This document shows, in pieces, positions 38,511-48,027 of a DNA stretch of 62,814 nt; the stretch's first letter is position 1, and each line of letters starts with the position of its first letter. The DNA comes from Candidatus Hermodarchaeota archaeon (GTDB lineage Archaea; Asgardarchaeota; Thorarchaeia; Thorarchaeales; Thorarchaeaceae), in NCBI GenBank assembly GCA_048885865.1, contig JBHLLF010000010.1, forward strand, positions 1 to 62,814, given 5' to 3'. Below the pieces are notes generated by a model. That model was given only the letters and a program-made list of their open reading frames with translations. It did not search any database and was not told the DNA's origin. A program made the translations under genes and the position numbers.

Positions 38511-40445
38511 ATGGAAAGAAACCAGATGTACGCTATCATAGTCATCGTGATTGTGGTTGCGGGTGCTGGCGTTGCTTTTGTCTTCCTATCACAACCTACT
38601 CAGACTCCTGAGGACCAGTTGATCATAGAGACCATAGGCAACCCTGTAAGCTTGGACCCGCACGTCAATTATGAGACACGTGGTGGCGCCATACAAGAAC
38701 AAGTATACGAAACACTATACTACTATCCGTTTGGGACAGCTGATACGGTGCCTAGTGTACCACTATTGGCTGCATCGGCTCCAGAAATATCAGCAGATGG
38801 AAAGCAGTACAACATCACTCTCCGCCAGGGCATCACTTTCCACGATGGAACACCATTCAATGCGAGTGTTGCCAAATGGAACTTTGAGAGAGCAGTCAAG
38901 GCCTTCCGCCTTGCAGGTCCTGTTTGGATGATTATTGAGCCAATATTGGGCGGTCTAGCACTCGAGGATATTGCCTACGACCCAGACCTTGGTCCTGCTA
39001 GTCCAGAGTTCGCGGCAGCGTTCGACAATTGGACAGCAAACTCAGGCGCAATTGTGGTCTTAGACAACTACAAGATCCAGTACAACCTGGCAGAAGCATT
39101 TGCCCCATTCATTCCAGCGATGACCTACCGTGTTGGTGCCATGATGAGTCCAACCTTCGTACTCTCCAATCCATGCAACGACTCAGTTCCTGTTGGTGGC
39201 GACTGGAGAGAGCACTATGGTAACGACTACGGTGAGTGGCAATCCGTCTATATGGAGGACCACATGTGCGGTACTGGCCCATACATGCTAGATGAGTGGC
39301 GATCAGGCGAATACATCCACTTGTACCTCTATGAGGAGTACTGGAGAGCAGACGCCACTGAGGCACAGATTAGGCCTCCAGCCTATGCAGGCTCAATCAA
39401 GGAAGTCTGGAGTAGGACCAACGAGGACACAACTGGCAGACATCTCAATCTCAGAACTGGTCTGGCTGATATTGTCTATTGGCCAACTACCCATGCTGAT
39501 GAGATTTGGGACAATGTCACATTGGGTTCAAGCGATCCGAACATTGACGTCAGTACAGGCGGATTCAGCTTTACGCTGATGGCCTTCACCTTCCTGTTCC
39601 ACGACCTAAACATCACTCGTGGAGGAGGAGCTCCTGTGGAGATCCAAAGCCCATTCACCTATTGGGCCCTGAGGAAATGTCTAACATATGCGTTTGACTA
39701 TGACTCAGCAATCGATGCTATTGTCAGAGGTTGGGGCTTCAAGGCACATGGGTTCATCCCACAAGGCATGTTCGGTCATAACTCGTCTTACTGGACGGAG
39801 ACATACGACATCGATACGGCTGTTGATTATTGGAACCAGGCAATGAATGAGCCAGGATTTGTAGACATCATCAATACCCTAGATGGGTACTTTGAATTGA
39901 TCTACAACTCAGGCAACGTTATTCGTGAACAGGGTTCACTCCTACTGAAGGACGGCCTTCAGAAGGTCATGGACCATCCCAGCGCTAACCTTACAGGCAT
40001 CACTGCGACCATGACCAATGGTGAGCCGGGTGTTGAGATCAGAGTCAGTGGTATGGAATGGTCAAACATGATCATTAGGATGGACAACCACGAGCTGCCT
40101 ATGTGGCTCATTGGTTGGGCTCCTGACTATGCTGATCCGGACAACTACGCCCTTCCGTTCGTGAAGTCAACTGGTACGTTCATGCTTGCGAGCGGCTACA
40201 ACAACTCAGTTGTAGACGATCTTGTCAACGCAGGTAAGACTGAAACAGACCCAGTGATTAGGCAGCAAATCTACAACGACATGCAAGAGATTATTGCGCA
40301 TGACCAGCCCAGTATCTACATGTACCAACCCTCTGAATTCAGAGTTAGGAGAGCATGGCTGGCTGGCTCCGGTATCAATTGGAGTCCTATGCCCAGTACC
40401 ACATACTACTGGTATCACATACACAAGGTCTATCCAACAACCTAG
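38511..40445 (+). CDS. oppA: Peptide ABC solute-binding protein (family 5), N-terminal membrane anchor
   Basis: SLDPH, VYETL, FHDGTPFNA, GTGPY, GWAPDYADPDNY; AAGGAGG ribosome-binding site; divergent from oppBCDF. Confidence 0.92.
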   Translation: MERNQMYAIIVIVIVVAGAGVAFVFLSQPTQTPEDQLIIETIGNPVSLDPHVNYETRGGAIQEQVYETLYYYPFGTADTVPSVPLLAASAPEISADGKQYNITLRQGITFHDGTPFNASVAKWNFERAVKAFRLAGPVWMIIEPILGGLALEDIAYDPDLGPASPEFAAAFDNWTANSGAIVVLDNYKIQYNLAEAFAPFIPAMTYRVGAMMSPTFVLSNPCNDSVPVGGDWREHYGNDYGEWQSVYMEDHMCGTGPYMLDEWRSGEYIHLYLYEEYWRADATEAQIRPPAYAGSIKEVWSRTNEDTTGRHLNLRTGLADIVYWPTTHADEIWDNVTLGSSDPNIDVSTGGFSFTLMAFTFLFHDLNITRGGGAPVEIQSPFTYWALRKCLTYAFDYDSAIDAIVRGWGFKAHGFIPQGMFGHNSSYWTETYDIDTAVDYWNQAMNEPGFVDIINTLDGYFELIYNSGNVIREQGSLLLKDGLQKVMDHPSANLTGITATMTNGEPGVEIRVSGMEWSNMIIRMDNHELPMWLIGWAPDYADPDNYALPFVKSTGTFMLASGYNNSVVDDLVNAGKTETDPVIRQQIYNDMQEIIAHDQPSIYMYQPSEFRVRRAWLAGSGINWSPMPSTTYYWYHIHKVYPTT

Positions 40446-40475
40446 ATGCGTTTGTAGAATCGGATATAGTAAACC

Positions 40476-40502
40476 GCAGAGGGTCTTGACCCTCTGCTTT
40501 TC
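40476..40502 (+). terminator. Hairpin plus T tract after the second oppA
   Basis: GCAGAGGGTC-TT-GACCCTCTGC followed by TTTT. Confidence 0.65.
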
Positions 40503-40660
40503 CTTTTATTTTCTGTAGTCAATTCAGCTATCTAAAACAAGACGATATGCTATGAATCAAACAATATGCTGATTTAGCAAATAACCTTCAAGGATTGATT
40601 ACCCAGAAACCAATCGTTATATGTAAGCCTCAAAAGATGAGTGTGTGACTGGGAAGAACA

Positions 40661-41530
40661 ATGAAGTATATGGACTCAATCACAACTCAGGAACTTATCA
40701 CGACTTGGTGGAGTAAGGCTTGGATTCGAAATCTAGTTCTCATGCTGATTCCAATCGGAATCATCGATGTGGCGTACACTCTAGCTGCTACAGCTGAATT
40801 TGGAGTAGCTGTCGAGTTCAATCCCATTACACGGTTCTTCTTGAGCAACAATCTGTGGCTGCCTTGGTCAATCATTAACATTGTTGGATTTGCACTTTTC
40901 TGCATGCTGGCTGGTTCGTATTATTTGAAATCCAGACACGAAGCGGCTGGGCCAAATACGATGTGGCTATCCCTTGTCCTTGCTCTCAGAATAGGACTAG
41001 CTTCCTACAATGTCACTTACTTCTATGTCCCCTTCTTGATCACAATCTATCCGCCACTATGGGTAGGTCTCTTCACGTTCACGGTCACCTTTATCATGAT
41101 GGACAGATTGCTGACGAGGAGAGATGATATAACCCGGCGCTCTATCAAGAGCTTCTTTACAGTGAGAATCAGCAATTTTCAGGATAGGAAGCTCATCAGA
41201 ACAGCAGGCGGAGGAAGAAAGGCCACAGACAGTGTCAAGCGAGAAGTGTTGAAGACCACCTTGCAGAAAAGCGTGTGGGCGAAGAGAGCAGCCTATCTCA
41301 CTCTAGCAGTTCTAATGATTGTTGCGATGGCAGGGTCCATTGAGTTAATTGGTGTTTCCTTTGGCTTGTTTGGATGGAGTGACGCGCCTTACTTTGTTTT
41401 CACTGAATTCACTGCCCGAGTGTTTCTGCTTGCAGTTGTGGGGATTATGATCTGCCTCTCATTTTCGATGTACTTTATAGTCAAGGCATTTGACACGACA
41501 GAAGAGTTGCTCTTGGATCCTGGCAAGTAG
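40661..41530 (+). CDS. Membrane protein (DUF5658-like N-terminus)
   Basis: DVAYT...EFNP motif in a TM hairpin; about 6 TM helices. Confidence 0.65.
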   Translation: MKYMDSITTQELITTWWSKAWIRNLVLMLIPIGIIDVAYTLAATAEFGVAVEFNPITRFFLSNNLWLPWSIINIVGFALFCMLAGSYYLKSRHEAAGPNTMWLSLVLALRIGLASYNVTYFYVPFLITIYPPLWVGLFTFTVTFIMMDRLLTRRDDITRRSIKSFFTVRISNFQDRKLIRTAGGGRKATDSVKREVLKTTLQKSVWAKRAAYLTLAVLMIVAMAGSIELIGVSFGLFGWSDAPYFVFTEFTARVFLLAVVGIMICLSFSMYFIVKAFDTTEELLLDPGK

Positions 41531-41848
41531 CCAGAAAATGGTCAGTTTGGAGTGGTTCTGAAGGTTCAGAGAAGATCTTGCGCCAAGAGTAAGCCAGATA
41601 TAGTTTCTGCTTCGCGCGGCCAATGGGGCCAGAAGTGCACATTGCTTGCGGTGATTCCCAGCCTTATATTCAATCTGTATATGACTTCGTGAATGAAGGA
41701 CAATGAATCATCATCGTCACTTCATAGTGGGATGAACAACGAAATCACATTCATTGCATCATCTCCAACGACGGGTTAAGTTCACCGTAACATGTGGTGT
41801 GCTTGCTCGGGAATTATTAGCCTTCCAAATTGGATCTTTTTGGAGATC

Positions 41849-41874
41849 GTTGCAGGGGTCTTATCCCCTGCAAC
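41849..41874. terminator. Perfect 10-bp hairpin between convergent genes
   Basis: GTTGCAGGGG-TCTTAT-CCCCTGCAAC. Confidence 0.5.
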
Positions 41875-41907
41875 ACCAATTATAGCTTGAGCTTGTGTGG
41901 CGAAAAA

Positions 41908-42507
41908 TCAAACAGAGAGCTTGGCGGCAAGCTCGTCGCAGTAGAGGTCAACCATTCCTTGGACTCGTTGCTGAGTCGGTTCGGAAGCATAGAGAGTTGT
42001 CAAGAACCTGAGCAAGCAGAGATTATGGAGCATCGACACGGTTGAATCATTTCTGGAAAAGAAGTCAGATATTCTCTCATCAACGATTGCCTTGGCGTCA
42101 CTCGTTCCGATTCGCTCAATTGCAGCTCGCTTGGTCTCAGCAATGCACGCTTCAAACTCTCTAATATGAAGTGCAGTCCTTATGGGTCCAATAAGGAAGT
42201 TGGCAGCTAGTTCATCTGTGAGATTGTGGCTTCCCAATTCGCGAATGCTATCATTGAACTGAAGAATGACAGACTCAACGTCGTATGGGATTCTTTCTGC
42301 CACTGCTTCTAGAAATGCAAGGTACTCCTTTGTCCTAATGAGATGAAGATGACTCTTGAACTCCTCTTCAAACGCGGCTACTACGGGTCCAATACCTTGA
42401 ATTGAGAGACAGTCCTTCTTATCGCGGCTGTAGAGAACATCCTCCTCCTCAGAATAGAACTGGAGATGGACCAAGTACTTCACCATCAACTCCAGTTGGT
42501 CTGTCAT
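41908..42507 (-). CDS. Hypothetical all-alpha protein
   Basis: 199-aa ORF with GGTGA ribosome-binding site; no motif recognised. Confidence 0.7.
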   Translation of the reverse strand: MTDQLELMVKYLVHLQFYSEEEDVLYSRDKKDCLSIQGIGPVVAAFEEEFKSHLHLIRTKEYLAFLEAVAERIPYDVESVILQFNDSIRELGSHNLTDELAANFLIGPIRTALHIREFEACIAETKRAAIERIGTSDAKAIVDERISDFFSRNDSTVSMLHNLCLLRFLTTLYASEPTQQRVQGMVDLYCDELAAKLSV

Positions 42508-42608
42508 CTATTCACCGCAGATTACCACTGCTCAATTCTGCATATAGCACTAATTCGGGGGTGCACAAGAAAAAGAAGAAGGGGGTAGAACCGAAGTCCT
42601 ACCTACGA

Positions 42609-43655
42609 CTATTTCATAGTCAAAGCCATAACTGCTTTCTGACCATGGAGTCGATTTTCAGCCTGATCGAATGCAATTGACTGCGGACCATCAAGCACAG
42701 AGTTTGTTACTTCAAAGCCTCTGTCTGCTGGAAGGCAGTGCATGTACATCGCCTTGGGTCCAGCAATCTTCATCTTGTCGTCGTCACAGATCCAATGTTT
42801 GTTCTTGTCGAATACAGCCTGTGATTTCTCAAGTTCTGGTTTGTCATTAAATGGAGGTATGAACTCCTTGCAGGTCCATGCTTTTGGATAGACAACGTGA
42901 GCTCCTTCGAAAGCCTCCTCCATGTCATACATGATCTCGAAGCTTGAGTTGCTCTCCTCTGCCATCACCTTGCATTGGTCCAGGATTTTGTCATCGAGCT
43001 CCATGCCCTTTGGATGTGCGAGAACCGTATCACAGCCCATCTTGGTGGCGGCAATGATTGCGCTTTGAGGAACTGCCAGAGGCTTGTGTACTGAGGGAGA
43101 GTAAGCCCAGCTCATGACGAACTTCACATCCTTAAATTTCCCGAACTTCTCCTTTACCGTCATAACATCTGCCAAGCCCTGACAGGGGTGATAGATATCG
43201 TCCTCCATGTTGATAATGGGTATGTGACTCCAGTATGCGAAGTTATTCAGAATCTCATTAGCCCGGCCGTATATCCAGCCTACAGGGTCCCCATAGCAGC
43301 GAATTGCTATCGCATGTCCCATTCTTGCTAGAACACGAGCTACATCTGAAACGCGTTCCGTGGAATAGGCCTTCTCATCGCCCTCAAGTGCCGGAGCATA
43401 AATCTTGCCTGGGTCAAGAAAGTGAGCGTGTCCACCCAGCTGTGTCATCCCAGCCTCGAATGAGTTCCGAGTTCGCAGGCTCTGGTTGTAGAAGATCATA
43501 AATAGCGTCTTAGCATCAAGAAGCTTGTGGGGCTCTCCCATAGCAAACTTCCGCTTGAGGTCTAGAGCAACGTCAATGATGGTCTCCATCTCCTCCTTTG
43601 TATAATCAAGAAGAGTGATGAAGTCTTTACCGCGAAAAGTCTCGGTCTTTACCAT
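42609..43655 (-). CDS. Carbamoyltransferase, knotted AOTCase/YgeW-like (ornithine carbamoyltransferase family)
   Basis: SLRTRNSF, HPCQGLAD, SWAYSPSVHKPLAVPQS, HCLPADRG, QAENRLH. Confidence 0.9.
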   Translation of the reverse strand: MVKTETFRGKDFITLLDYTKEEMETIIDVALDLKRKFAMGEPHKLLDAKTLFMIFYNQSLRTRNSFEAGMTQLGGHAHFLDPGKIYAPALEGDEKAYSTERVSDVARVLARMGHAIAIRCYGDPVGWIYGRANEILNNFAYWSHIPIINMEDDIYHPCQGLADVMTVKEKFGKFKDVKFVMSWAYSPSVHKPLAVPQSAIIAATKMGCDTVLAHPKGMELDDKILDQCKVMAEESNSSFEIMYDMEEAFEGAHVVYPKAWTCKEFIPPFNDKPELEKSQAVFDKNKHWICDDDKMKIAGPKAMYMHCLPADRGFEVTNSVLDGPQSIAFDQAENRLHGQKAVMALTMK

Positions 43656-43809
43656 TGTGATTCACGAGTCACATCTGTGTGAGTGACCTGTAGAAAAAGG
43701 TTCCCAAGAATGGCATTTGGCATTCGAATTTCTGTTGGGGTCTCTCCTAACGCTTAAGTGTCACCCTGTACAACATGTTTGAATACGATTCTACAAGGTT
43801 GGAGAGCGA

Positions 43810-46398
43810 ATGAGGAAAAGAAAAGCAATCAACCTAATCCTCTCCCTCATTGGGCCAATAGCACTAATCGTCATACTAACAATGCCTATTGGTCCTTTGG
43901 CGGGAGGACTTCAGATAATTGCTCCAACTGGAGGCATCTTCGATGTTGGTGTTGGTGTAAACCAACCAGAAATGCAGACAGTCAAATTGCCAGGGCTGGA
44001 TGCGAATGTAGTAGTACTACAGGACCAATGGGGAATCCCCCATGTTTATGGAGATACTGTGGAAGATGCTTACAAGGCAATGGGGTACATACACGCTAGG
44101 GATCGGCTGTTCCAGATGTACATGCAAAACTACCTGGCCGCTGGAAGGATCAGCGAGATAGTTGGTGGATACGCCGCCAGTTCTGATAAATTCCATCGGA
44201 CAATAGGATTCGAAAGAGCAGCCAAGAGGACAATGGCTTGGTTTGAGGCGAACACGAACAATCCAGATGTTGCCTACACTCTTAGTGTGATTGATGCAGA
44301 GGTCGCAGGTGCAAACGCATTCATTGACACAATGACGAGTGTCAACACACCAATAGAATTCAAGATTCTTGGCTTCAATCCACCACACTGGAGGCGTCTG
44401 GACGTCTTCATATTTGCACATTATCAGTGCTGGGGACTCGCAGGTGGCTTCGATGACCTACGTAATCAATGGGTGAGGGCAACTCTCAACAATGATACTA
44501 TGTTTGATGAAGTATTTCCATGGACAATGCCTTATTCAGTGCCAATCATTTCAGAACAATTCAACCTCAGTATCTCTGAGTATCCGGACGCAAACGGGGG
44601 ATACCCTGCTAATCCAAACCCGTCAAGTTTGAAGAGAGGCTTTGTAGCAGAGGAAGCATATATTCCGCAAGAGAAGCTTGAGGTTCTCCTCAAGGCGATT
44701 GACGAAGTTATCAATCCTTTTGGCGACATGGAGATCGTTGGTAGCAACAACTGGGTGGTAAGCGGAAATAGATCTGCAACCGGTGAACCGATTCTGGCCA
44801 ATGATCCGCATCTCTCATTCCAAACTCCATCTCTCTGGTATGAGTCACACATTGTAGTACCTGGGGAGTTGGATGTGACAGGAGTAGGATTTGCAGGTAT
44901 GCCCGGGATTATCCTAGGTCACAATGAACACACTGCATGGGGATGGACCAATGTCGGTGCGGATGTGCTGGACATTTTTGTCGAACAGCTCAACCCCAAC
45001 AACTCAAGCGAGTACATGTACAATGGAGCCTACAGAGCATTCCAAGTCCATGATGAATCAATCCTTACGAAAGAGGGAGACATAATCCCATTCGAAGTCT
45101 TAGAGTCTGTTCACGGACCTCTGATTGATTCAATTACGAACACCTACGATGTTGACTCTGAGGATAGTCCGAATCTTGCTATGAGGTGGACTGGAAATGA
45201 CATAATCCACAATATCATGGCAGTTGGGATGATCAATAAGATGAGCGACCTTGAGAGCTACTTTGACGCTGCCTATTGGTGGGACATCCCTGCTCAGAAT
45301 ATGGTCTATGCAGATGATCAGGGCAACATTGCACTCACAGTGATGGGTCGTTACCCAATAAGAGCAGGCTATGATGGACATTTTCCAGTTCAGGCTTTGA
45401 ATGATTCAGTCGGGTGGGTAAGCAATGTCCCCTATGCGTACATCCCGAGAACAGTCAATCCTTCTCAAGGATACATTCAATCCGCCAATCAGCTTTCAAT
45501 CGACTGGAATACTTACGGTTTTGAACTACTCGGGCCCTATGCTGATGGCTATCGTGGACGTAGGATTGATGCATTGCTTGCAGCTGATGACAGTGTTACC
45601 ATGGACGATATGAAGAGATTCCAAGCAGATGCTCTCGAAGTTAGAGCCCAAGAGATTGTGCCCTATGTCGTCGATGCTTGGAACAATGCAGGAGATGGAA
45701 ATACAACAGTCGATGAAATCATTGGATGGCTGAATGACTGGGACTATGTGATGGATCCGGATGAAAAAGCTCCGACCATTTGGATGTTCCTTCTTAACGC
45801 AATTCACTACGAAACGTTCGATGAAATAAGGAGCATCGACTCCAGTCTGATGTTGTCACGGACACCTGTGTTGGAGAAGTTCATCAAGGATAACAACGTA
45901 TACTACTTCGATGATCACACCACAGCGGGAGTTGTAGAAACACGAGATGATATTCTTGTACGAGCCATATACCGAGCGTTGGATAACCTTGTAGCAGATC
46001 CGGTCTTTGGAAGTAATCCAGCAGATTGGGATTATGGGAACAAGCACAGGGTCTACTATGACCATCTTGCCGATCTCACGTCTGTTGGTGGGATACCTCA
46101 TCGAGGGCAGCTCACGTTAAATGTCGCAAACGGATGGAGAGTGGGCGGTGGACCGTCGTGGCGGCTTGTAGCGGACATGAGTAACATACAGATGAGTTAC
46201 GGCATCTATGCTCCAGGACAGAGTGGAAATCCATTTAGTCCACACTTTGATGACCTCTTCTGGATTCAGTATTCCTACGATGAATTGACTGAGCAGCATG
46301 GATACCATCTAATATACTACTACACTACAGCAGCTGCTTTCCAGGCCGCAGACACGGATGGAACAATGATAGAAGCAGTGATTACATTTATCCCATAG
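43810..46398 (+). CDS. Penicillin acylase family (S45) Ntn-hydrolase, N-terminally anchored
   Basis: DQWGIPH, HARDRLFQM, GSNNW nucleophile, ANDPHL, SANQ, PGQSGNP. Confidence 0.93.
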   Translation: MRKRKAINLILSLIGPIALIVILTMPIGPLAGGLQIIAPTGGIFDVGVGVNQPEMQTVKLPGLDANVVVLQDQWGIPHVYGDTVEDAYKAMGYIHARDRLFQMYMQNYLAAGRISEIVGGYAASSDKFHRTIGFERAAKRTMAWFEANTNNPDVAYTLSVIDAEVAGANAFIDTMTSVNTPIEFKILGFNPPHWRRLDVFIFAHYQCWGLAGGFDDLRNQWVRATLNNDTMFDEVFPWTMPYSVPIISEQFNLSISEYPDANGGYPANPNPSSLKRGFVAEEAYIPQEKLEVLLKAIDEVINPFGDMEIVGSNNWVVSGNRSATGEPILANDPHLSFQTPSLWYESHIVVPGELDVTGVGFAGMPGIILGHNEHTAWGWTNVGADVLDIFVEQLNPNNSSEYMYNGAYRAFQVHDESILTKEGDIIPFEVLESVHGPLIDSITNTYDVDSEDSPNLAMRWTGNDIIHNIMAVGMINKMSDLESYFDAAYWWDIPAQNMVYADDQGNIALTVMGRYPIRAGYDGHFPVQALNDSVGWVSNVPYAYIPRTVNPSQGYIQSANQLSIDWNTYGFELLGPYADGYRGRRIDALLAADDSVTMDDMKRFQADALEVRAQEIVPYVVDAWNNAGDGNTTVDEIIGWLNDWDYVMDPDEKAPTIWMFLLNAIHYETFDEIRSIDSSLMLSRTPVLEKFIKDNNVYYFDDHTTAGVVETRDDILVRAIYRALDNLVADPVFGSNPADWDYGNKHRVYYDHLADLTSVGGIPHRGQLTLNVANGWRVGGGPSWRLVADMSNIQMSYGIYAPGQSGNPFSPHFDDLFWIQYSYDELTEQHGYHLIYYYTTAAAFQAADTDGTMIEAVITFIP

Positions 46399-46409
46399 GA
46401 GGCATGTAG

Positions 46410-46856
46410 ATGAGAAAGATAGATGATATAGTTCCCAATCTTGGGTTTGTACCAGCACTGATCATAGTTATTGTGCTAGGCATTGCTTTGCAACTATCTG
46501 GTGTTTGGATGACAATGCTACTTGCTGGAGGTTTTGGAGGTCTTTTCACTAGACGCCATCGTCACTCGTTCTTGACAGGATTCCTTGGAGTTGGTATTGC
46601 ATGGACAGGAATCTTTGCGTATCTAGCGGCAACCGCTCAAGCAATGGCAGTCGCTGAATTCTTCATTGGCCTGCTTGGACTTTCAGGGATGGGCTGGCTA
46701 GTCATCGTAATCAGTATACTGCTAGGAGCGCTCCTAGGAGGATTTGGCGGGCTGTTTGGAAGGTCTCTTGTGGAAATCATCGACGAGTTCTCTTCTGAAG
46801 CAGAGCAAACCCATGCTCCAGTTCAACCCACCGAAGAAATCGTAATGGAGGAGTAA
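46410..46856 (+). CDS. Gly-rich small membrane protein
   Basis: About 4 TM helices with GxxxG motifs; GGAGG ribosome-binding site; coupled to the acylase gene. Confidence 0.75.
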   Translation: MRKIDDIVPNLGFVPALIIVIVLGIALQLSGVWMTMLLAGGFGGLFTRRHRHSFLTGFLGVGIAWTGIFAYLAATAQAMAVAEFFIGLLGLSGMGWLVIVISILLGALLGGFGGLFGRSLVEIIDEFSSEAEQTHAPVQPTEEIVMEE

Positions 46857-46868
46857 CAATAGAATAAG

Positions 46869-46891
46869 GCTGTGGCATATTCTGCCACAGC
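46869..46891. terminator. Hairpin between convergent genes
   Basis: GCTGTGGCA-TATTC-TGCCACAGC. Confidence 0.55.
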
Positions 46892-46907
46892 AGCTCCCAT
46901 TTATTGT

Positions 46908-47483
46908 TCATCGCCTTTTGTAGTGATAAATGCCAGTGATAAATGCAAATGCGCATACACCTAGGACAAGTAAGCCAACTATGATTATTGAGTTCTGGGA
47001 CAAATGACTGATAGTTCCCTCTACCTGCTTCCCGTATACTGATGAATCATTGTCATAGACTACATACCAGGAACCAGATGACGAAATACCAACACTCCAT
47101 GATAGAGCGGTTAAATCAGTCTTGCTGAGAATTGGAATCGCATCAAGGCCTTGTGACCAGGATTCGTAGTTCTGTTCATTAAAGATATACAGATCAACAC
47201 CGTCACCCCAGCCGGGCCATAGGTCATACTTCTTTTGATCTCCTATGAAGTGATCACCATCAGTTGTGACCGTAAAGCTTCCTTCTAGCGTGTCACCTTC
47301 TTCACATTCGAAGAGAAATACTTCGGAGCTGAGTGGGCTCAACCAGAAGTTATGGGTTGTCAGAGGCATATGATTGGAATTGTAGTTCTCAGCAGAATTG
47401 GAGGTAATAGGCATTGCAGCGAACGCTATCAGAAGACCTAGGACGATAGCTATTTTCACTCGATAGCCTCTGTTAGTCAGCAT
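46908..47483 (-). CDS. Type I membrane protein, GOLD/p24 (emp24)-like beta-sandwich
   Basis: Signal peptide, LEGSFTV...VDLYIF...GSWYVVYDN, C-terminal TM, HYKRR tail. Confidence 0.6.
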   Translation of the reverse strand: MLTNRGYRVKIAIVLGLLIAFAAMPITSNSAENYNSNHMPLTTHNFWLSPLSSEVFLFECEEGDTLEGSFTVTTDGDHFIGDQKKYDLWPGWGDGVDLYIFNEQNYESWSQGLDAIPILSKTDLTALSWSVGISSSGSWYVVYDNDSSVYGKQVEGTISHLSQNSIIIVGLLVLGVCAFAFITGIYHYKRR

Positions 47484-47579
47484 ACTAGCTTTCGTAAAGT
47501 CATATGCTGCTTATGAATTAACTTGATTTTTGGAAGCGGAAAGCAAGACCATTTTAGCAAACAAACTCTATGATTCAGC

Positions 47580-47987
47580 ATGGCCCAGAAGGTAACCCAG
47601 AAAGCAATAGAAACTGGTGTGTATCATGGATACATTTTCACTTTTCTGCTAGCTTTGCCGCTTCAGTTGGTTGGTCATTGGACCTTGATGATTCTGGCAG
47701 GACTTGCTGGGGGAGTAACTGTGAAGACATATAGAAACGCAGTCATCGCTGGATTCCTAGGAGTCGGAACAGCCTGGGCAATCATCTTTCTTTTTCTAAC
47801 CACCTTTGCACAGGCGTACACTATTGGAGAGTTTTTTGCAGCCATTATTGGGTTGCCAGGGTTCGGACGTGCGATAGTATCTATATCCATCCTTATTGGC
47901 GGTCTACTGGGCGCAAGTGGAGCTATTGCAGGGAGGGCAATCGTCGAATTACTCCAAGATATGCGATCTACGCTCCCAGGTGACTAA
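47580..47987 (+). CDS. Gly-rich small membrane protein (paralog of 46410-46856)
   Basis: Shared GFLGVGxAW, EFF, ISILxGxLLG, GRxxVE. Confidence 0.75.
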   Translation: MAQKVTQKAIETGVYHGYIFTFLLALPLQLVGHWTLMILAGLAGGVTVKTYRNAVIAGFLGVGTAWAIIFLFLTTFAQAYTIGEFFAAIIGLPGFGRAIVSISILIGGLLGASGAIAGRAIVELLQDMRSTLPGD

Positions 47988-48027
47988 ACAATAGTTCATA
48001 AATGACAGCTCTTATATTGAAGCGAAG

